From assembly GCA_963841915.1 (NCBI GenBank), contig CAWJEN010000005.1, positions 480,001 to 544,000 on the forward strand: a stretch of DNA of 64,000 nt, given 5' to 3'. A program made the position numbers and the translations under genes. Under the pieces are notes generated by a model. It worked only from the letters and a program-made list of their open reading frames with translations, was not told the origin of the DNA and ran no database searches. This stretch comes from an uncultured Planctomycetota bacterium. GTDB lineage: Bacteria; Planctomycetota; Phycisphaerae; Tepidisphaerales; Tepidisphaeraceae. Shown piece by piece: positions 59,556 through 64,000 of the stretch; position 1 is the stretch's first letter, and every line of letters starts with the position of its first letter.

Positions 59556-60416
59556 GTGAACGATTATCTGCTGAGCATCCTCTTCGGCGTCGTAGAGGGG
59601 TTGACCGAGTTCCTGCCGGTCAGCTCAACGGCCCACCTGCGGCTGATCAAAGAGCCGCTTGGCCTCATGGACGACCCGTACTGGAAGATGTACGACGTCG
59701 TGATCCAGCTCGGGGCCATCCTGGCCGTCGTCGTCTACTTCCGCGTGAAATTGCTCGGCTTCGTCAAGACGTTCCCCAAGGGCGAGCACGGCGATAAGAA
59801 CCTGCTGACGCACCCGCTGTCACTCGTCATGCTCGCATTCGTCGTGACGGCGGTGCCAATTCTGATGGGGCTGGACGACCTCATCAAGTCGAACCTGTCG
59901 TCGCTGCCGGTGATCGGCGTCGCGCTGCTCGTGGGTGGTGTCGTGATGTGGGTGGTCGACGCGTGGCTGGGTGACCGGGCGGGCACCGAGGACGTGGCCA
60001 AGGTCGGACCGGTGCAGGCGGCCATCGTCGGTCTGGGCCAGGTCGTTGCGGCAGTCTTTCCTGGCACGAGTCGGTCGATGGCGACTATCGCCGGCGGACA
60101 GTTGTCAGGCATGAGCCGGTCGACGGCTCTCGAGTTCAGCTTCTTTTTAGCCATACCGACGATGTCGGCTGCGTTCGGGTACGACCTGCTCAAGACCGTC
60201 ACCGCCGACGCGGGTGAGGAGGGGGCACTCGGGCGAGCGCTGACGGGTCACGACATCGGCGTGCTGGCGGTCGGATTCGTCGTCAGCTTCATCGTCGCTT
60301 GGGCCGTCATCGCCTGGTTCATGGCCTGGGTGAAGCGGCACGGCTTCGTCCCCTTTGCGATCTATCGGATCGTACTCGGCATCGGTGTGCTGGCCTACGC
60401 GTACTTCGGGCAGTAA
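59556..60416 (+). CDS. uppP: Undecaprenyl-diphosphate phosphatase (BacA)
   Basis: VEGLTEFLPVSSTAH, IQLGAILAV, PGTSRS, FSFFLAIP, FAIYR. Confidence 0.95.
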   Translation: MNDYLLSILFGVVEGLTEFLPVSSTAHLRLIKEPLGLMDDPYWKMYDVVIQLGAILAVVVYFRVKLLGFVKTFPKGEHGDKNLLTHPLSLVMLAFVVTAVPILMGLDDLIKSNLSSLPVIGVALLVGGVVMWVVDAWLGDRAGTEDVAKVGPVQAAIVGLGQVVAAVFPGTSRSMATIAGGQLSGMSRSTALEFSFFLAIPTMSAAFGYDLLKTVTADAGEEGALGRALTGHDIGVLAVGFVVSFIVAWAVIAWFMAWVKRHGFVPFAIYRIVLGIGVLAYAYFGQ

Positions 60417-60500
60417 CGCGCGTAGGTGTCGCACGATGTCGCAAGGCAACGTATAGTGCCTGTCACGGCCTGCGTCGGCGGGCGGACGGGAGACGATGCC

Positions 60501-61619
60501 ATGGCCATCAACGTACTACGCGGCCTCTTCGTGCTGCTGATGGCAGCAGTCGGGTACTCGTTCGTCACGCTCGATCCACTCGAACTCGGCTCGCTTCCCG
60601 TTCCGGCCTGGCTCGCCCTTGGCTTTAGCCTGTCGCTGGGCGTGATGATGGTCGTCCTCGACATCGTCGCAGGCAGACGCAAGCTGGCCGTCTTCAGCGG
60701 CGTCGCATTCGGCATCCTCGTCGGGCTGACGATCACGTACGCCCTGTCGTTTGGTGTGGCACTCGTCGTCGATAACGTTCTCCTGCCCGCAGGTGCTAGG
60801 ACCACGACCAACGCAGCGGTCATCGGTTTCTTGAACCTGATGATCGGGACGACCGCGTGTTACTTTGCCATCAGCTTCGTGCTGCAGACAAAGGACGACG
60901 TGCGATTCATCATTCCGTACGTCGAGTTCCGTCGCGACAGTCGCGGGGTGAAGCCGGTCGTGGTTGACACAAGTGCGCTGATGGACCGTCGCCTGGGCCC
61001 GGTGCTGCGGGCCGGATTTCTGGATGCCCGGCTGATCGTGCCGCAATCGGTCGTGGCTGAGTTGCAGAAGGTCGCCGACCTGTCCGACCGTGACAAGGGC
61101 CGCCTCGGTCGCGAGGGGCTTGATCGACTGGCGGACATGCAGCGCGAACCGACGGTTGAAGTCCGCATCTACGACGACCGCGCTGGTAGCGAAAACCTGG
61201 ACGGCCCTGTCGATCAGCGGGTGATTGACCTCGCGCGCGAGCTCGAAGGCCGCGTGCTGACCGACGATCTGAACATGGCCAAAGTGGCCAAGCTGGCCGG
61301 GCTCTCGGTGTTGAACCTGAACGCGCTGAGCGAGGCCGTTCGGCCGCAGGCGGTGCCGGGTGACGCGTTGCTGCTCGAGGTCACGCGACGCGGCAGCTCG
61401 GCGGGTCAAGGCGTGGCCCACCTGGCGGACGGCACGATGGTGGTCGTGGAGCACGCCGCAGAACGTGTGGGTGAGACGATCGAGGTAACGGTCACGAATG
61501 CCACGCAGACGGCGGCGGGCCGTATGGTCTTTGCCCGACCCGCCGACGAAGCAGTCGACGCCGACCTTGCCAAGCCGTCCAAGCCGCGTCGCCGCCCGCC
61601 CCGTCGCATTCCCGCCTGA
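60501..61619 (+). CDS. Membrane PIN/TRAM domain protein (YacL-like)
   Basis: Four transmembrane helices, FIIPYVEF, VDTSAL.D.R, ELQ..AD, QGVAHLADGTMVVVE, QTAAGRMVF. Confidence 0.9.
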   Translation: MAINVLRGLFVLLMAAVGYSFVTLDPLELGSLPVPAWLALGFSLSLGVMMVVLDIVAGRRKLAVFSGVAFGILVGLTITYALSFGVALVVDNVLLPAGARTTTNAAVIGFLNLMIGTTACYFAISFVLQTKDDVRFIIPYVEFRRDSRGVKPVVVDTSALMDRRLGPVLRAGFLDARLIVPQSVVAELQKVADLSDRDKGRLGREGLDRLADMQREPTVEVRIYDDRAGSENLDGPVDQRVIDLARELEGRVLTDDLNMAKVAKLAGLSVLNLNALSEAVRPQAVPGDALLLEVTRRGSSAGQGVAHLADGTMVVVEHAAERVGETIEVTVTNATQTAAGRMVFARPADEAVDADLAKPSKPRRRPPRRIPA

Positions 61620-61634
61620 ACCACCCAGAAGATC

Positions 61635-62831
61635 GTGCCGAGCCCCGACGACGTCATCGCCAGTCTCCGCCGCCGTTGTGACCGCATCCTGACTGAAGGA
61701 GATCTGCGGAAGAAGCTCGAAAGCGGCAAGCCGCTGCGCATCAAGCTCGGCATGGACCCGACCGCGCCCGACGTGACACTGGGTCACTGCGTGCCGCTCA
61801 AGGTCATCCGCCAGTTCCAGGAGCACGGCCACAAAGCGGTGCTCATCATCGGCGACTACACGGCTCGCGTGGGCGACCCGACGGGTGTCAACGCCACGCG
61901 CCCGATGCTGACGGGCGAGGAAATCGACCGCAACGCCGAGACATACGTCGAGCAGATCGGCCGCGTCCTGATGACGGACGACGAGCACCTCGAGGTCCGC
62001 CGCAACGGCGAGTGGCTTGGAAAGCTCGACCTCGTCGGCCTTATCAAGCTCGCCGCCCGCAAGACGGTTGCGCAGGTCCTGGACCGCGACGACTTCCAGA
62101 AGCGTTACGCCGCCAAGCAGGAGATCGGCTTGCACGAGTTCATGTACCCGCTCTTGCAGGGGTACGACAGCATCGCCGTCGAGGCCGACGTGGAGATGGG
62201 CGGCAGCGACCAGTTGTTCAACAACCTTGTCGGCCGAGAGTTTCAGCAGGCCGAGGGCCAATCGCCGCCGGCGGGGCAGTGTGTGATCGTCACGCCGCTC
62301 TTGGTCGGAACTGACGGCGCGATGAAGATGAGCAAGAGCAAGGGCAACTACGTGGCCGTGACCGACCCGGCGGGCGGCGACGGCGGCATGTTCGGAAAGA
62401 TCATGAGCCTGCCCGACGGCGTGATGGAGCAGTACTACCGGCTACTGACCGACGTGCCGACGGAGGAGTACGAGGCGGCCATCGCAACCAGCCCGCGGGA
62501 CGCGAAGGTGCGGCTGGCCAAGACGATCATCACCGAGTTCCACAACGCCGACGCCGCCGACGACGCCGAGAAGCAGTTCATGACGGCCACGCACGGCGGC
62601 ATTCCTGATGACATTACCGAGCAGCAAGTCGCCGCGGGCCCGCACGGTGTCATCGCGTTGCTCGTCGATGCCGGCTTCGTCGCCAGCAACGGAGAGGCGA
62701 TGCGACTCATCAAGCAGGGCGGCGTGAAGCTTGACGGCGTGAAGGTGACGAACACGAAGGCGGAGCTCACGGTGACGACGCCGACGGTGCTACAGGCGGG
62801 CAAGCGAAAGTTCGTTCGCCTGTTGCCGTAG
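61635..62831 (+). CDS. tyrS: Tyrosine--tRNA ligase
   Basis: KLGMDPTAP..TLGH, YPLLQGYDS, GGSDQ.FN, KMSKS, S4-like C-terminus. Confidence 0.96.
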   Translation: MPSPDDVIASLRRRCDRILTEGDLRKKLESGKPLRIKLGMDPTAPDVTLGHCVPLKVIRQFQEHGHKAVLIIGDYTARVGDPTGVNATRPMLTGEEIDRNAETYVEQIGRVLMTDDEHLEVRRNGEWLGKLDLVGLIKLAARKTVAQVLDRDDFQKRYAAKQEIGLHEFMYPLLQGYDSIAVEADVEMGGSDQLFNNLVGREFQQAEGQSPPAGQCVIVTPLLVGTDGAMKMSKSKGNYVAVTDPAGGDGGMFGKIMSLPDGVMEQYYRLLTDVPTEEYEAAIATSPRDAKVRLAKTIITEFHNADAADDAEKQFMTATHGGIPDDITEQQVAAGPHGVIALLVDAGFVASNGEAMRLIKQGGVKLDGVKVTNTKAELTVTTPTVLQAGKRKFVRLLP

Positions 62832-62840
62832 TGTGGCGGC

Positions 62841-64000
62841 ATGACTGTGACGGCCGAGCAGAACGATGCAATTAAGAAGTCGAGCACGATGAATCTTCGA
62901 CGCTCCCCGCAGGAGAAGGATCGGCTCACCAGCCTCACCCAGGCCGTTGATGTCCGCCAGGACAAGTCGTACCTCATCGTCGGCGAACGGACCAACACGA
63001 ATGGCTCGCGACAGTTCAAGCGGCTGCTCCAGGAGGAAGACTGGGACGGCCTCGTCTCCATGGCCCGCGACGAAGTACGCGGCGGCAGCCAGGTGCTCGA
63101 TGTCTGCGTCGACTTCGTCGGCCGCGACGGCGTCAGCGACATGCACGAAGTCGTCAAGCGGTACGTCCAGCAGGTCGGCGTGCCACTCATGCTCGACTCG
63201 ACCGACCCGAAGGTGCTCGAAACAGGCCTGAAGCTCGCAGGTGGTCGCTGCGCGCTCAACTCGACCAACCTCGAAGACGGCGAAGAGAAGTTCGGCCAGA
63301 TGTGCGAGCTGGCCCGCCGGTACGGCGCGTTGCTCGTCTGCGGCACGATCGACGAAGATCCGGAAAACGCGATGGGTCGCACGGAGGAGCGCAAAATAGA
63401 GATTGCCAAGCGGATCCGTGACCTGGCCGTCAACAAGTATGGGTTGCGCGACTGCGACCTGATGTTCGACCCGCTCGTGCTGCCGATCTCGACAGGCCTC
63501 GAAGACGATCGCGAGAACGCCGCCGCCACCATTGCCGGCACGCGTCGGATCAGCCAGGAGCTTCCCGGTTGTCACACCGTCGTCGGTCTTTCGAACATCT
63601 CGTTCGGCCTGCGACCTGCCGCGAGGCAGGTGCTCAACAGCGTCTTCCTGCACGAACTTCGCGAGGCGGGACTGACGAGCGCGATCGTTCACGCTTCGAA
63701 GATTCTGCCGAAGAACAAGATTGCCGATGAGCGGTGGCAGGGCGCGCTCGACCTGATCTACAACCGCCGCAGCGAAGACTTCGATCCGCTGACGGCATTC
63801 ATCGGCCTGTTCCCAGAAGGCGAAGAAGTCGCCGGCGACAAGGTCGAGGACGAAAATCTCACACTCGAGGAAAAGCTTGAGAAGCACATCATCGACGGCG
63901 AGAAGCGCAACCTGACCGAACGACTCGATGAAGCGATGAACCAGGGCATCAAGCCGCTGGCGATCATCAATGACATTCTGCTCAAGGGCATGAAGGTCGT
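62841..64000 (+). CDS. metH: Methionine synthase starting at the pterin-binding domain (partial, runs off window)
   Basis: Manual translation: IVGERTNTNGSRQF, LDVCVD, LMLDST, NSTNLEDG, FDP, GLSNISFG, then B12 cap IIDGEK...LLKGMKVV. Confidence 0.9.
   Translation, partial: MTVTAEQNDAIKKSSTMNLRRSPQEKDRLTSLTQAVDVRQDKSYLIVGERTNTNGSRQFKRLLQEEDWDGLVSMARDEVRGGSQVLDVCVDFVGRDGVSDMHEVVKRYVQQVGVPLMLDSTDPKVLETGLKLAGGRCALNSTNLEDGEEKFGQMCELARRYGALLVCGTIDEDPENAMGRTEERKIEIAKRIRDLAVNKYGLRDCDLMFDPLVLPISTGLEDDRENAAATIAGTRRISQELPGCHTVVGLSNISFGLRPAARQVLNSVFLHELREAGLTSAIVHASKILPKNKIADERWQGALDLIYNRRSEDFDPLTAFIGLFPEGEEVAGDKVEDENLTLEEKLEKHIIDGEKRNLTERLDEAMNQGIKPLAIINDILLKGMKV

Noticed and set aside
60516..62261. 581-aa minus-strand ORF
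   Set aside because: Shadow of the PIN/TRAM and tyrS genes

Overview
High-GC chromosomal window, very likely from a planctomycete of the Phycisphaerae type. This is inferred from a LEARRLLA-type leader, three PEP-CTERM proteins, an ECF-sigma/Ser-Thr-kinase pairing, a YdjY-like protein, a poly-Gly secretin and T-[QR]-P motifs. Most of it is housekeeping: tig, upp, leuD, pyk, rpmB, comEC, folP, sucB, nadE, ispE, kdsB, pyrG, lptB, hisI, cysS, purC, uppP, tyrS and a split metH. A cluster of parS palindromes at 36.4-39.2 kb suggests the window is origin-proximal. The most unusual part is an accessory island at about 8.8-19.6 kb. It holds a same-strand run of membrane NERD, ECF sigma, an unknown acyltransferase-like protein, a methyltransferase, a Ser/Thr kinase-TPR, a C-type-lectin PEP-CTERM protein and a jacalin lectin, with a second NERD gene on the other side. 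Next to it is about 1.2 kb of 21-bp periodic arrays, G-rich heptamers and a long hairpin. Also present: a VapC-type toxin-antitoxin pair with an atypical antitoxin, a 22-bp motif shared by two distant promoter regions, a 6S-like structured RNA candidate, and several small insertions breaking genes (ispE three times). Those insertions may be assembly errors. All calls are by eye from motifs; no searches were run.
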